From an uncultured Gemmatimonadaceae bacterium (GTDB lineage Bacteria; Gemmatimonadota; Gemmatimonadetes; Gemmatimonadales; Gemmatimonadaceae): a stretch of DNA of 64,000 nt. The position numbers and the translations under genes are program-made. The notes beneath the pieces were generated by a model. It worked only from the letters and a program-made list of their open reading frames with translations. It searched no databases and had not been told where the DNA came from. Of this stretch, positions 1 through 11,474 are shown one piece after another (positions within the stretch are counted from its first letter, which is position 1; every line of letters starts with the position of its first letter). The DNA is taken from NCBI GenBank assembly GCA_963761305.1, contig CAVXGK010000002.1:1760001-1824000 (forward strand). The letters run 5' to 3'.

Positions 1-25
1 TGTTCGTTTTGGTGGCGCGCGGCGG

Positions 26-2176
26 TCAGAAGATGCTCCAGAACTCCCGGCTCACGTCCACGCCGAAGGTCCACCGCCCGCCACGCGCCACGCCGCGCGC
101 GACGTCGATGCGCAGCACGTTGAACGGCAGCAGGTAGGCGGCTCCCAACGCTGGGTAGAGTTGGGGCGACGATGGACAACGAGCCGTGACGCTGACACAC
201 ACGCCCGGCTGTTCGCCGAGCAGCGCGAAATGCGCGTACGGCGCGATCGCGCCTTGCGACGGCACGTGGCCGAAGCGTCCCAGGGAAAACGGAATGAACG
301 GCGCGGGAAGCTGCCACTCCAGGTGCGCCGTGGCGCCGGCGTCAGAAACGAGCGAGTGAAAGTTGTAGCCGGGCGCGGAGACGGGGCCGCCGAGGTAGAC
401 GAGCTCCGTCCGCTGCGGCGCGAGGTCCGTGTTCTGCCCGCCAACACCCGCGACCGTCGCCGACGTGACTAGTCGTGTTTCGCCGAAGGGTCGCTCGAGC
501 TGCGCGACGAGCGAGCCTCGCAGCGTCGAGCCAAGATCGCCTGCGAAGAGAGGACCCGGCTCCGGCACTTGCGGGCCCTGCGGCACGACGAGCCTCGCCT
601 GGGCGTGCATCGTAAGCTCGGTCCCGAACATCCACAGCGACGGCGGCCGGTCGAGGTCGAGCGCCCAGCGCAGGACGTGCTGGTCGGCGACGGGAACCGT
701 CGGCTGGAACGTGCCGGTGACGGGTGTGGCGCGGACGGACACCGGCGACTGCCACTCGAGCGCGCCCGTGACCGTCGCGTCGAGGCCGAGCAGCGAACGC
801 GCTTCGGCTTTCAACCCCGCCGCGCGCACGAGATACGGATCGGTGTAGTCGCTGGCGAATTCCTGGGCGGCGAGACTGTTCACCGCCATCGACCGCTCGG
901 CGACGTCGCCCAGCTCGCGATAGTCGCGCGACGCGAACGCCCGAATCGACGAGCCGTCGGCGCGCGCGACGCCAAACTCGGCGTCGCCCTTCACGAGTCT
1001 GTCCGCCGCTCCGTATCGGGCACGCACGCTGGCCACGACGCCGGCGCCGAATTGCTTCGACAATCCGGTTCCAAACGCCAGGCCCTCGGCACGATCGAAG
1101 CGCACGAAGTCGGAGAGGTCGCGCGCCGACAACGTCGCCGCCTGAGCGCGCGCGAGCGCCTGTGCGCGCACGAGCTGCCGCACTTCCGACTGCACGCGCG
1201 CGATGTCCGGCTCTGACACCGCGCGCACGTCCGGCGGCAGCGAGTCGAGCACGCGTCCCGTCCAGTGATACGCGTGCAGCTCCTGCGGCGTCGCCTGCAC
1301 GATTTCCGGGCCGGCAAACAGCTGCGTCGGAATCGACGTGTTGAATTGGTAGTCGCCGATCTCCCAACGTCCGCGAATAATGCCGCGCACGGGATAGTCG
1401 AGCCACGTTCCGCGCCGCTCGATTTCGATCTGTTGCCGGCTCGGCAGCCAGAAGCGCCCGCCGACCAGCCGATTCTCCAGAACGATCGACAGCTGCTCGA
1501 GCGAGTTGTCGAGGAACGCCGCGCGCGTGAAGCCGAAATTCATGCGCACGACTTGCCCGCCGGAGGCATCGATGTAGATCGCGCCGACGATGCGCGGTTT
1601 GCGGTCGTCCTTGGGGCGGACCTTGATCTCGTAGACGCGGATTCGCTGCGAGCCGGCGCCGATGGCGAAGCTGTCGCTCAGCGCGAAGTCGTATTGCCCC
1701 AGCCCGGCCGGCGAGAGCGGATGCGGCACGTCGGCCACCTCGTCGCCGTCGCCGATCCGAATGATGTTCGGGAAGTTGTTCTGGACGATGCCAAGGTGGT
1801 CGCGGTGATACGCGATGTCCGTAGGAAGCAAGAGCGTGTCGCGGCGGCCTACAATCCGCTGCTTGCTGAGGTTGGGCGCGTGCCAGTAGACTTCCAGCGC
1901 CAGCTCATCGGCCTTGATGACCTTGGGCGGTGTTCGGAGCCCCTCACCCAGCTGCGCCAGGAAAGTCACGTACCCGTGCGCGGTGGCCCGGTAGTCGACG
2001 AGCCCCGTGTCCGCCAACTGCTCGGCGCGGCGCTTCGCGGCGCCGGTGACGAGCGCGAGGGTTCGCGAATCGTTCCACGTTTGCGCCGCGGCTGGCGATC
2101 CGTACGCAAGACCCAACCCGACCACGTACACGCACGCGGCGGCGGCACGACCGCGCGCCGCGAGGAATCGAAGCAT
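26..2176 (-). CDS. Exported/outer-membrane hypothetical protein (signal peptide, probable C-terminal beta-barrel)
   Basis: C-terminal part of ORF 26..3757. ATG at 2176 gives a signal peptide (MLRFLAARG...SPAAAQ). Amphipathic strands and an aromatic C-terminus (WTFGVDVSREFWSIF). Confidence 0.7.
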   Translation of the reverse strand: MLRFLAARGRAAAACVYVVGLGLAYGSPAAAQTWNDSRTLALVTGAAKRRAEQLADTGLVDYRATAHGYVTFLAQLGEGLRTPPKVIKADELALEVYWHAPNLSKQRIVGRRDTLLLPTDIAYHRDHLGIVQNNFPNIIRIGDGDEVADVPHPLSPAGLGQYDFALSDSFAIGAGSQRIRVYEIKVRPKDDRKPRIVGAIYIDASGGQVVRMNFGFTRAAFLDNSLEQLSIVLENRLVGGRFWLPSRQQIEIERRGTWLDYPVRGIIRGRWEIGDYQFNTSIPTQLFAGPEIVQATPQELHAYHWTGRVLDSLPPDVRAVSEPDIARVQSEVRQLVRAQALARAQAATLSARDLSDFVRFDRAEGLAFGTGLSKQFGAGVVASVRARYGAADRLVKGDAEFGVARADGSSIRAFASRDYRELGDVAERSMAVNSLAAQEFASDYTDPYLVRAAGLKAEARSLLGLDATVTGALEWQSPVSVRATPVTGTFQPTVPVADQHVLRWALDLDRPPSLWMFGTELTMHAQARLVVPQGPQVPEPGPLFAGDLGSTLRGSLVAQLERPFGETRLVTSATVAGVGGQNTDLAPQRTELVYLGGPVSAPGYNFHSLVSDAGATAHLEWQLPAPFIPFSLGRFGHVPSQGAIAPYAHFALLGEQPGVCVSVTARCPSSPQLYPALGAAYLLPFNVLRIDVARGVARGGRWTFGVDVSREFWSIF

Positions 2177-2221
2177 GGTTTGCGAATATCGCGGGGCGTT
2201 TCTGCCGGAGCAACGGGCGGC

Positions 2222-3748
2222 GTGAGTCTCGAAGACTTCCGCGCACGAGCACGCCGAGCCGTCGGCGCGTCGGCCCGTCTCGTCCCGGTGTGGCGCGACG
2301 TGCTGCTCGACGCGTATACGCCCGTCGCCGCCTTCGCCAAGCTCCGGCACGGGCCCTTCGCATTCCTCCTGGAGTCGGCGCCGGCCGGCGGCGAAACGTG
2401 GGCCCGCTACACCTTCATGGGCACCGCGCCGCGCGCCGCCTGGCGCCTCGTGGACGGCGTCGTTCACGACTGGACGGCCGAGCGGGGATGGCACAACGCC
2501 CGCCGGCCGGAGGATCCGCTCGCTGACCTCGAGACTTTGCTCCGGGCCGCTGATCCCGTCGAGGCGCCGGAGATCGGCGAGTTCTGGAGCGGCGCGGTCG
2601 GCTACTTCGGCTATGACGTCGCGCGGCTCATCGAACGGCTCCCCGAGCCGCCGGCGCGCGGTGTGGACGTTCCCGACGCGCTGTTCGTGTTCACCGACGC
2701 GCTCGTCATCTTCGACAATCTGCGCTCGCAGGCGCGCGTCGTCGCCGCGGCGCGCGTCGAGCCGCACGCGACCGACGCGCAACTCGATAGCGCGTACGCG
2801 CAGGCGTGCCATGCCGTGGAGTCTACTGTCGGCCGGCTGCGCGGGCCGTCGATGCTCGAACCGCTCGATCTCGACCCGACCGCGCCGCCCGTCGCCGGAC
2901 GCTCGAAGTACCCGCGTGACAAGTTCCTGCACGACGTCGAGCGCGTGCGCCGGTACATCATCGCCGGCGACGCGTTTCAGGTGCAGATCGCGCGGCGCAT
3001 CGACGTGCCGCTCGATTTCTTGCCGACAGATCTCTACCGCGCGCTCCGGGTGATCAACCCGTCGCCCTACATGTACCACCTCGTGCTCGACGGCACGGAG
3101 ATCGTCGGCAGCTCCCCCGAGCTGCTGATCCGCGTCGCCACCGACCGGACGGTGACGCTGCGGCCGATCGCCGGCACGCGCCGCCGCGGACGCTCGGCCG
3201 AGGACGACGCGCGGATGACGCAGGAGCTGGTCAGCAACGAGAAAGAGCGCGCCGAGCACCTGATGCTCGTCGATCTCGGGCGCAACGACGTCGGCCGGAT
3301 CGCCGAGTACGGCACGGTGAACGTGTCGGAGCTCATGGTCGTGGAGCGCTACTCGCACGTGCTGCACCTGGTCAGCCAGGTCGACGGCAAGCTCCGCGAC
3401 GGACTCACGGCGATGGACGCGTTCCGCGCCGGCTTCCCCGCGGGCACGCTCACCGGGGCGCCGAAGGTCCGCGCGATGGAGATCATCGACGAGATGGAGC
3501 CGGAACGGCGCGGTCCGTACGGCGGCGCGGTGGGCTACATCGGCGCCGGCGCCAGGCGGATGGACCTCGCGATCACGATTCGTACATGTGTGATCGCGAA
3601 TGGCGTCGCGTCGGTGCAGGCCGCGGCGGGCGTCGTCTACGACTCGATCCCCGAGCAGGAATTCCTCGAACACGAGAACAAGGTGCGCGCACTTCTCACC
3701 GCGATCGGCCAGGTCCGCGCCGCCCGCCGCACGAGCGTGAGGGCGTAA
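2222..3748 (+). CDS. trpE: Anthranilate synthase component I family (chorismate-binding)
   Basis: FLLESA, RYTFMG, GDAFQV, NPSPYMY, GSSPE, RPIAGTRRRG, KERAEHLMLVDLGRND, GTLTGAPKVRAM. GTG start at 2222 inferred. Confidence 0.9.
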   Translation: MSLEDFRARARRAVGASARLVPVWRDVLLDAYTPVAAFAKLRHGPFAFLLESAPAGGETWARYTFMGTAPRAAWRLVDGVVHDWTAERGWHNARRPEDPLADLETLLRAADPVEAPEIGEFWSGAVGYFGYDVARLIERLPEPPARGVDVPDALFVFTDALVIFDNLRSQARVVAAARVEPHATDAQLDSAYAQACHAVESTVGRLRGPSMLEPLDLDPTAPPVAGRSKYPRDKFLHDVERVRRYIIAGDAFQVQIARRIDVPLDFLPTDLYRALRVINPSPYMYHLVLDGTEIVGSSPELLIRVATDRTVTLRPIAGTRRRGRSAEDDARMTQELVSNEKERAEHLMLVDLGRNDVGRIAEYGTVNVSELMVVERYSHVLHLVSQVDGKLRDGLTAMDAFRAGFPAGTLTGAPKVRAMEIIDEMEPERRGPYGGAVGYIGAGARRMDLAITIRTCVIANGVASVQAAAGVVYDSIPEQEFLEHENKVRALLTAIGQVRAARRTSVRA

Positions 3749-3755
3749 CCGGGCC

Positions 3756-5281
<1,526 letters not shown>

Positions 5282-5282
<1 letters not shown>

Positions 5283-6070
5283 TGCCGGACGTGGCACGCG
5301 CGCTTCCGTCGGGCTTCGTCGCCTTTGCGGTCGGCAACGTGCACGTGGTGAGCGCGGAGCCATTCGCTGACGCGATTCGCGCCGCGCTCGAGTCGGGATC
5401 GGAAACGCTCCACGGGTACGCGCGGCGTCACCCGAAGGCGAAACCGCTCGCCGGCCGCGGCGTCGCGTACGCAGCGCCCTTGCCGCGGGGCGGGACGAGA
5501 GTCGTCGTGCGACACAACCGCCACGGCGGACTGCTGGCCGTTCTGACGCGCGATTTGTTCCTTCCGCCGACGCGCGCGCCGCTCGAGCTCGACGCGTCGC
5601 TTCGTCTCGTGCGGGCCGGCGTGCCGACCCCGGAGTTCGTCGCCTACGCGACATACCCTGCTCCGCTCGGATTCCGCCGCGCCGACGTCGCGACTCGCGA
5701 GGTCGCCGGCAGCTTCGACTTCTCCGACGTCCTCACGCGGCCGGATGCATCGCTTCGCGCGCGCGCGTGGACGGCGATCGCGGACCTGCTTCGACGTCTC
5801 GCGTCAGCGGGAGCGCGGCATCACGATCTGAACGTGAAAAACGTGCTGCTCCACGAGCGGGGCGACGGTCTCGAGGCGCTCGTGCTCGACGTGGATCGGG
5901 TGACGTTCGAATCGGGGGGGGGCGACGTGATGGCGGCGAACGTCGCGCGGCTCACGCGGTCGGCGCGCAAATGGCGCGAGCGTCACGGAGCGAGCGTGGA
6001 CGAGTCCGAGCTCGCGATCCTCGCGCGGTCGGTCTTCGAGGCGTCTCTGTCGGCGGTGACGCGCTCGTAG
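5282..6070 (+). CDS. Lipopolysaccharide/Kdo kinase family protein (KdkA/InaA-like)
   Basis: GRG loop, VVRHNRHGG, HHDLNVKNVL, LDVDR. ATG overlaps the cyclase stop (TGATG). Confidence 0.8.
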
Positions 6071-7131
6071 ACTTCGATCATGCGATCCGTCATCCGTTCG
6101 ACCGAGAATTCGCGCACACGCCGCCGGCCCGCCTCGCCGAAGCGCGCGGCCAGCGCGCGATCGGTCACCAGCCGGACGATGGCCGCGCCCAACGCTTCCG
6201 GATTCTCTCGCTCGGCGAGCAGTCCGGTTTCTTCGTCGATCACGACCTCGGGAATGCCGCCCGCCCTGGTGGCCGCGATCGGCCGGCCGAACGCCATCGC
6301 GTCGAGCAGCACGGAGCCCATGCCCTCTTCGCGCGAGCTGAGACAGGCGACGGTCGCCGCGGCGAGCAAGGCGTCGGCGTCGGTCCGGTATCCGACGACG
6401 CGCACGACGTCGCCGAGTCCGAGCCGCGCGACCTCGCCCACGACCGCGTCGCGCAGCGGCCCGTCGCCCACCAGGAGCGCTTGCAAACCGGGGGCGACGC
6501 GATTTGCGTACGCCATCGCGCGAACGAAGTTGACAGGATCCTTATGACCGACGAGCTGCGCGACCTGAACGACGAGCGGGGAATTCGGCGCCACGCCGCA
6601 CGCGGCCAGCGTATCGGACGACGCGGGTTCGACGGCGCGCCGCAGGTCGACGCCGTCGGGCACGACGACGATGCGCTCGCGCGCGACGCCGCCGGCGACG
6701 AGCACCTCGGCGACCGCGTTCGACACGGCGACGATCACCGCGGCGCGGCCGTACTTCCACCGGGTGCCCGCGTTGGCGCGCAGAGGAAAGTCGACGCGTC
6801 GCGAGACGACCAGCGCCGCGCGCGTGCCGATCGTCGCCATCGCGCCCACGGCGACGGCGTGCGCCGTGTGCGCGTGCACGACGTCGATTCGCCGCGTCAA
6901 GATCTCGCGCCGCAGCCGCCACGCCGCCCGCGGATCGAGCTCGGTGGCGGGCGCACAGTCGACGACCGGAAGCCCTGCGTCGGCGGCTCGCGCGGCCATC
7001 GGTTCGCCGCGCCGCGCGGCGACGACCGACGCGTGGCCGCGATCGGCCAGTTCGCGAGCGAGCCACAGCGCCTGACGTTCGCCGCCACGCCACCCTCGCT
7101 CCGTGTCGACGTGCAGCACGCGGATCGTCAC
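5983..7131 (-). CDS. Glycosyltransferase family 4
   Basis: LHVDTERGWRGGERQ, HAHT, SREEGMGSVLLDAMAFG, GGIPEVV. GTG start inferred. Confidence 0.88.
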   Translation of the reverse strand: MTIRVLHVDTERGWRGGERQALWLARELADRGHASVVAARRGEPMAARAADAGLPVVDCAPATELDPRAAWRLRREILTRRIDVVHAHTAHAVAVGAMATIGTRAALVVSRRVDFPLRANAGTRWKYGRAAVIVAVSNAVAEVLVAGGVARERIVVVPDGVDLRRAVEPASSDTLAACGVAPNSPLVVQVAQLVGHKDPVNFVRAMAYANRVAPGLQALLVGDGPLRDAVVGEVARLGLGDVVRVVGYRTDADALLAAATVACLSSREEGMGSVLLDAMAFGRPIAATRAGGIPEVVIDEETGLLAERENPEALGAAIVRLVTDRALAARFGEAGRRRVREFSVERMTDRMIEVYERVTADRDASKTDRARIASSDSSTLAP

Positions 7132-7208
7132 GGCGCGCAACTTCCGTTGCTCGCGCGGCCGGCGCAAGCGGTATTCGTCCGCGCGACGCGCTCCGAACCC
7201 ACGGTGGG

Positions 7209-8207
7209 ATGACCGGCATCCCGTTCGCCGCGCCCGAACGCATCCTGATCGTCGCCCTCGACAACCTCGGCGATCTCGTGTTCGCGTCGGCGCTGGCGCC
7301 GCCGCTGCGCGAGGCGTTTCCCGACGCGACGATCGACATCTGGTGCAAGTCGTACACGGCGCCGGTCGCGGCGCTCGTGCCGCACGTGCGCCGCGTGATC
7401 GCGGCGGATCCGTTCTGGTCGCCGCCCGCAGGACAGCCGCGCGGCCCGATGCTCAGATTCTTTGGCGCGATGAACGAGGTGCGCCAAGGTCAGTATGATG
7501 TCGCGGTTCTGAGTGAAGCGCCGTGGCGCACGGCCGCCGCGGTCGCGGCCGCGCAGGTGCCGGTCCGTATCGGTCTCGCGCGCCATCGCAACGACACATT
7601 CCTGACGCACGTCCTGGCCGCCCAGGATCCGCAGCAACCTGTCGTCCGCGAACAAGGACGGCTGCTCAAGGCGTTCGGGATCGACGCGCGCGCGCGGTTC
7701 TATCGGCTGGATCCGACGCCACTGGCGAATACCGTTCGCACCATCGGCGAGACGCTGCCGCGAGTTTTCGTGGCGCTTCATCCGTTCGCGGGTGATCGCG
7801 CACGGTGTGTATCGCTGGCCGAATGGGCGAAGGTCGCGTTTCGACTGAACGCGCTCGGCATCCCCGCCCTCTGGATCGGCACGCCCGAGGAGCTGACCGA
7901 GCTCCGCGCGTCGCATCCGCATCCGCCCGGTTTCTATTCCGACAAGCTTGGCGACGGGTCGCTCGCGCCCACCGCGGCGGCGCTGTCGCGCGCGACGTGC
8001 ATGGCCGGGCACGACTCGGGTCCGCTGCACATGGCCGCCGCGTTCGGCGTGCCGGTCGTCGGGATCTTCGCGCCCGGCCAGCCCGAGCGCACGTTTCCGC
8101 AGGGCGCGGGTGTGTGGCGCCTGCTCCATCGTCCGACACCCACGGAGATCACGGCGGCGATGATCGTCCGCGAGATCGAGGAGCTCCAGGTCCTCCCCGC
8201 ATCATGA
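7209..8207 (+). CDS. Glycosyltransferase family 9 (LPS heptosyltransferase-like)
   Basis: LDNLGDLV, HDSGPLHMAAAFGVPVVGIF. Confidence 0.88.
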   Translation: MTGIPFAAPERILIVALDNLGDLVFASALAPPLREAFPDATIDIWCKSYTAPVAALVPHVRRVIAADPFWSPPAGQPRGPMLRFFGAMNEVRQGQYDVAVLSEAPWRTAAAVAAAQVPVRIGLARHRNDTFLTHVLAAQDPQQPVVREQGRLLKAFGIDARARFYRLDPTPLANTVRTIGETLPRVFVALHPFAGDRARCVSLAEWAKVAFRLNALGIPALWIGTPEELTELRASHPHPPGFYSDKLGDGSLAPTAAALSRATCMAGHDSGPLHMAAAFGVPVVGIFAPGQPERTFPQGAGVWRLLHRPTPTEITAAMIVREIEELQVLPAS

Positions 8208-9253
8208 TCGACGCGCGGCTCGACCGCGTTTGCATCGTGATGATGAGCGCGGTCGGCGACGCCGTGCACGTTCTGCCGGTCGTGAACGCGCTCAAGCGCC
8301 ACGCGCCTGCCGCGCACGTCACGTGGGTCCTCCAGCCCGGACCGGCGACGCTGGTGCGCGGCCATCCGGCGATCGACGACATCATTTTGTTCGACCGCTC
8401 GCGCCGCACGCGCGCGTTTTTCGACGTGCGCCGCGCCCTCGCCGGGCGCCGGTTCGATCTCGTGATCGACCTGCAGGTGTATTTCAAGGCGGGCATCGTG
8501 ACGTCGTTCACGCGCGCGCCCGTGAAGCTCGGCTTCGACCGCGCGCGGGCCCGCGACGCGAACTGGTTGTTCACCACGCACCGCATTCCGCCGCACGAAC
8601 CGCAACACGTGCAGGATCAGTATTTCGAGTTTCTTACGGCGGTCGGAGTTCCGGTCGGTGACGTCGTGTGGAACCTCGGTCCGTGGAACGGCGAACGCGC
8701 GGTTCAGCGCGCGTTCTTCGCGCCCATCGAGCGGCCCACGGCCTCGATCGTCGTCGCGACGAGCAAGCCGCAGAAGGACTGGCTGCCGGAACGCTGGGCC
8801 GAGGTTGCTGATGCGCTCTACCATGATTTTGGATTGCAGCCGGTACTGGTCGGCGGCCGCTCGCCGCGCGAACTGTCGGCCGAGGAAATCATCCGCCGGC
8901 GTGCGCGGGCTCCACTCGTGTCGGCGCTCGGCAGCGGACTGCGCAACCTGGTCGGCATCCTCGATGGCTCGGCGCTCGTGCTGGCGCCGGACACCGGTCC
9001 GCTCCACATGGCGGTGGCGCTCGACCGGCCGGTGGTTTCGCTCATCGGATATACGAATCCCAAGCGCACCGGTCCCTATCGCCGGTTTCACGACCTGATC
9101 GTCGACGCGTACGGCGAGCCCGGTGAGAACTATCCGATCAGCATGGAGAACCGCCTGGACCGAATGCCGCGCATCGAAGTGCGCGACGTGCTCGACCGCG
9201 TCGAACATTGGCGTGCGAACTACGCGTCGGCGGTGAGCGGCCCGAAGTCGTAG
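8204..9253 (+). CDS. Glycosyltransferase family 9 (LPS heptosyltransferase-like)
   Basis: MSAVGDAVH, IDLQ, KDW, DTGPLHMAVAL. ATGA overlap with the upstream GT9. Confidence 0.88.
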   Translation: MIDARLDRVCIVMMSAVGDAVHVLPVVNALKRHAPAAHVTWVLQPGPATLVRGHPAIDDIILFDRSRRTRAFFDVRRALAGRRFDLVIDLQVYFKAGIVTSFTRAPVKLGFDRARARDANWLFTTHRIPPHEPQHVQDQYFEFLTAVGVPVGDVVWNLGPWNGERAVQRAFFAPIERPTASIVVATSKPQKDWLPERWAEVADALYHDFGLQPVLVGGRSPRELSAEEIIRRRARAPLVSALGSGLRNLVGILDGSALVLAPDTGPLHMAVALDRPVVSLIGYTNPKRTGPYRRFHDLIVDAYGEPGENYPISMENRLDRMPRIEVRDVLDRVEHWRANYASAVSGPKS

Positions 9254-9813
9254 CCGAGTCCGAGCGAGCGACAGAGTCCCACCAGGCGGTTGAGCGCGAG
9301 GCCCATCACCGCGAAGTAGTCGCCGTCGACGCGCGCGACGATCGTCGCGCCGAATCCCTGAATGCCGTACGCGCCTGCCTTGTCCATCGGCTCACCGGTC
9401 TCGATGTAGCGATGAATCTCATCGTCGGTCAGAGGGCGAAACGTCACGCCGACTTCCTCGACCGCCGACGCGATCCGGCCGCCCCACGCGACCGCCACGC
9501 CGGTCATGACGATGTGCGAGCGTCCGCTCAGCCGGCGCAACATTGCCGCGGCCTGGGCGCGGTCGCGCGGCTTGCCGAGGACGTCGCCGTCGATGACGAC
9601 GATTGTGTCGCTGCCGATGACGACGGCGTCGGGACGCGTCAGCGCGCGTGCCTTCTCGCGCGCCAGCCGCTCGGCGTGCGACGCCGGTTGTTCACCGGCG
9701 AGATAGGTCTCGTCGATGTCGGCCGGAATTGCGACGTGCTCGATGCCGACCAGGCGAAGAAGCTCCCGGCGCCGCGGCGACGCGGACGCGAGGATGACCT
9801 GCGGACGATTCAT
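9220..9813 (-). CDS. maf: Maf family nucleotide pyrophosphatase
   Basis: ILASASPRRRELL, GSDTIV, LGKP, DKAGAYGIQG. Confidence 0.92.
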   Translation of the reverse strand: MNRPQVILASASPRRRELLRLVGIEHVAIPADIDETYLAGEQPASHAERLAREKARALTRPDAVVIGSDTIVVIDGDVLGKPRDRAQAAAMLRRLSGRSHIVMTGVAVAWGGRIASAVEEVGVTFRPLTDDEIHRYIETGEPMDKAGAYGIQGFGATIVARVDGDYFAVMGLALNRLVGLCRSLGLGYDFGPLTADA

Positions 9814-10247
9814 CGCTCCAGCCACAGCGTGACCGGACCGTCGTTGACGATTTCGACCTGCATGGCCGCGCCGAACTCGCCGGTCTCGACGCGCACGCCG
9901 CGCTGTCGCAGCCCGTCGACGAACCTCTCGTAGAGCGGCTGCGCGTGCTCGGGCCGCGCGGCGTCGACGAAGCTTGGCCGGCGGCCCTTCACCGCGTCGC
10001 CGTACAGCGTGAACTGCGAGACGACCAGCATCGCCCCGCCGACGTCCACGATCGAACAGCTCATCTTGCCGTCGGCGTCGGCGAACACGCGGAGGCCGAC
10101 CAGCTTCTCGGCCATCCACTCGACGTGCTCGAGCGCATCCGTGTGCGTGAAGCCGACGAGGATGGCGAAACCGCGGTCGATCGCGCCGACGACGCGTTCG
10201 CCGACGCGCACGCCGGCGCGCGTCACGCGTTGAACGAGAACTCTCAC
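9810..10247 (-). CDS. dtd: D-aminoacyl-tRNA deacylase
   Basis: RVLVQRV, SQFTLYGD, KGRRPSF, GEFGAAMQVEIVNDGPVT. Confidence 0.95.
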   Translation of the reverse strand: MRVLVQRVTRAGVRVGERVVGAIDRGFAILVGFTHTDALEHVEWMAEKLVGLRVFADADGKMSCSIVDVGGAMLVVSQFTLYGDAVKGRRPSFVDAARPEHAQPLYERFVDGLRQRGVRVETGEFGAAMQVEIVNDGPVTLWLER

Positions 10248-10314
10248 GATGGGGAGGGCATGTCGACGCAAGAAGCTAGCGTCGGCGGGCCCTCACCGCT
10301 CGTGAGCGTTTCCG

Positions 10315-10887
10315 TCACGCCGCGACGCTGAGCGATTCCGACTTGTGGAAGATCTCGACGTCGATCGTCATCTTCACTTCGGCGCCGACGGCCACGCCGC
10401 CGGCTTCCAGCGCCTGGTTCCAGTGCAGGCCGAAGTCGTGGCGATTCAACGAGCCGGTCAGGCTGAAGCCGGCGCGCTCGTTGCCCCAAGGATCCTTCCC
10501 ACGCCCCTCGAGGTGCGCCTGTAGCTCGATCTCGTGCGTCGTGCCGCGGATGGTGAGATCGCCAATCACGCGGAATTCCTTCGTCACGTCGCCGACGATC
10601 CGCTTGCTGACGAAGTGCATCGTCGGATGATTCGCGGCGTCGAAGAAATCGGCGGAACGAAGATGGTTGTCGCGCATCTCCTGGCGTGTGTCGATCGAGT
10701 TGACGTCGATCGTCACGTCGATCTGCGAGTTGTTCAGGTTCTCGTTGTCGGTCGTGACCGTGCCTTCGAGTTTGCCGAAGCGGCCGCGAACGTTGCTGAT
10801 CATCAGGTGCCGCACGGAGAACGCGAGTTCGGCGTGGGCGGCATCGACGGTCCAAACGGTGGTCTCAGTAGTCTGGGTCTGGGTCAT
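10315..10887 (-). CDS. YceI family (polyisoprenoid-binding) protein
   Basis: WTVDAAH, FSVRHLMISNVRGRF, RDNHLRSADFFD, GDLTIRG, DPWGNERAGF. Confidence 0.92.
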   Translation of the reverse strand: MTQTQTTETTVWTVDAAHAELAFSVRHLMISNVRGRFGKLEGTVTTDNENLNNSQIDVTIDVNSIDTRQEMRDNHLRSADFFDAANHPTMHFVSKRIVGDVTKEFRVIGDLTIRGTTHEIELQAHLEGRGKDPWGNERAGFSLTGSLNRHDFGLHWNQALEAGGVAVGAEVKMTIDVEIFHKSESLSVAA

Positions 10888-10988
10888 TGGAGGATTCCAG
10901 TGGTGTTGCCAGAGATCGACCGGCGTCGGTCATCTCTGAATGATTCGTACATCGAAAGTCCATACATGTACTTCATACGCAAACAAAC

Positions 10989-11414
10989 TCAACGGAGGGC
11001 CATCAACATCCGCCGCAAAGCGGCACCATCGGTTTCCGAGACCAGCGCCGCCAACTCCCGGTCGAGTTTTTCAACTCTCTCGGCGCCATCAGCTTGCCGT
11101 TTCTGGCCTTCCGAGGTGATCTCGGCTTTCACCGAGCGCCTGTCCGTGGGACACGCGACTCGGCGAACCAGACCATCAGCCTCGAGGCGGTCCACCAGCT
11201 GGGTCATGTTCGATCGAACACAGCTCAGCCGCGCAGCAAGCTCGCTCAGAGGCAGCGGCTCGCCGGACCGGACCAACTCACTGAGAACGGAGTACTTGGC
11301 GCCAGACAGGCCGGCCTGATCCAACACGGACTCGAGTTTTGCCTCGAGCGCGTGCGCCATCTCGAGAATCGCTGTGAGATGGGTGGCAGGCTGGGTGGCG
11401 ATAGTGTCGTTCAC
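10989..11414 (-). CDS. MarR family transcriptional regulator
   Basis: Winged helix LSELAARL...SNMTQLVDRLEADGLVRR...DRRS. Confidence 0.9.
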   Translation of the reverse strand: MNDTIATQPATHLTAILEMAHALEAKLESVLDQAGLSGAKYSVLSELVRSGEPLPLSELAARLSCVRSNMTQLVDRLEADGLVRRVACPTDRRSVKAEITSEGQKRQADGAERVEKLDRELAALVSETDGAALRRMLMALR

Positions 11415-11420
11415 GCATGA

Positions 11421-11449
11421 ATGGTACAGGCAGAAACGACGGATGTCAA
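11421..11449 (-). promoter_or_regulatory. Sigma70-type promoter of marR (TTGACA-N17-TACCAT), probably leaderless
   Basis: Minus strand TTGACA (11449-11444), 17-nt spacer, TACCAT (11426-11421), 6 nt before the GTG at 11414. Confidence 0.75.
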
Positions 11450-11474
11450 GCCCTTTCCCGGGAGGCCCCGACGA

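Noticed and set aside
2175..2225. trp attenuator leader peptide (MVCEYRGAFLPEQRAA overlapping the trpE start)
   Set aside because: It has no Trp codons and no terminator, and its ATG overlaps the divergent gene's start.
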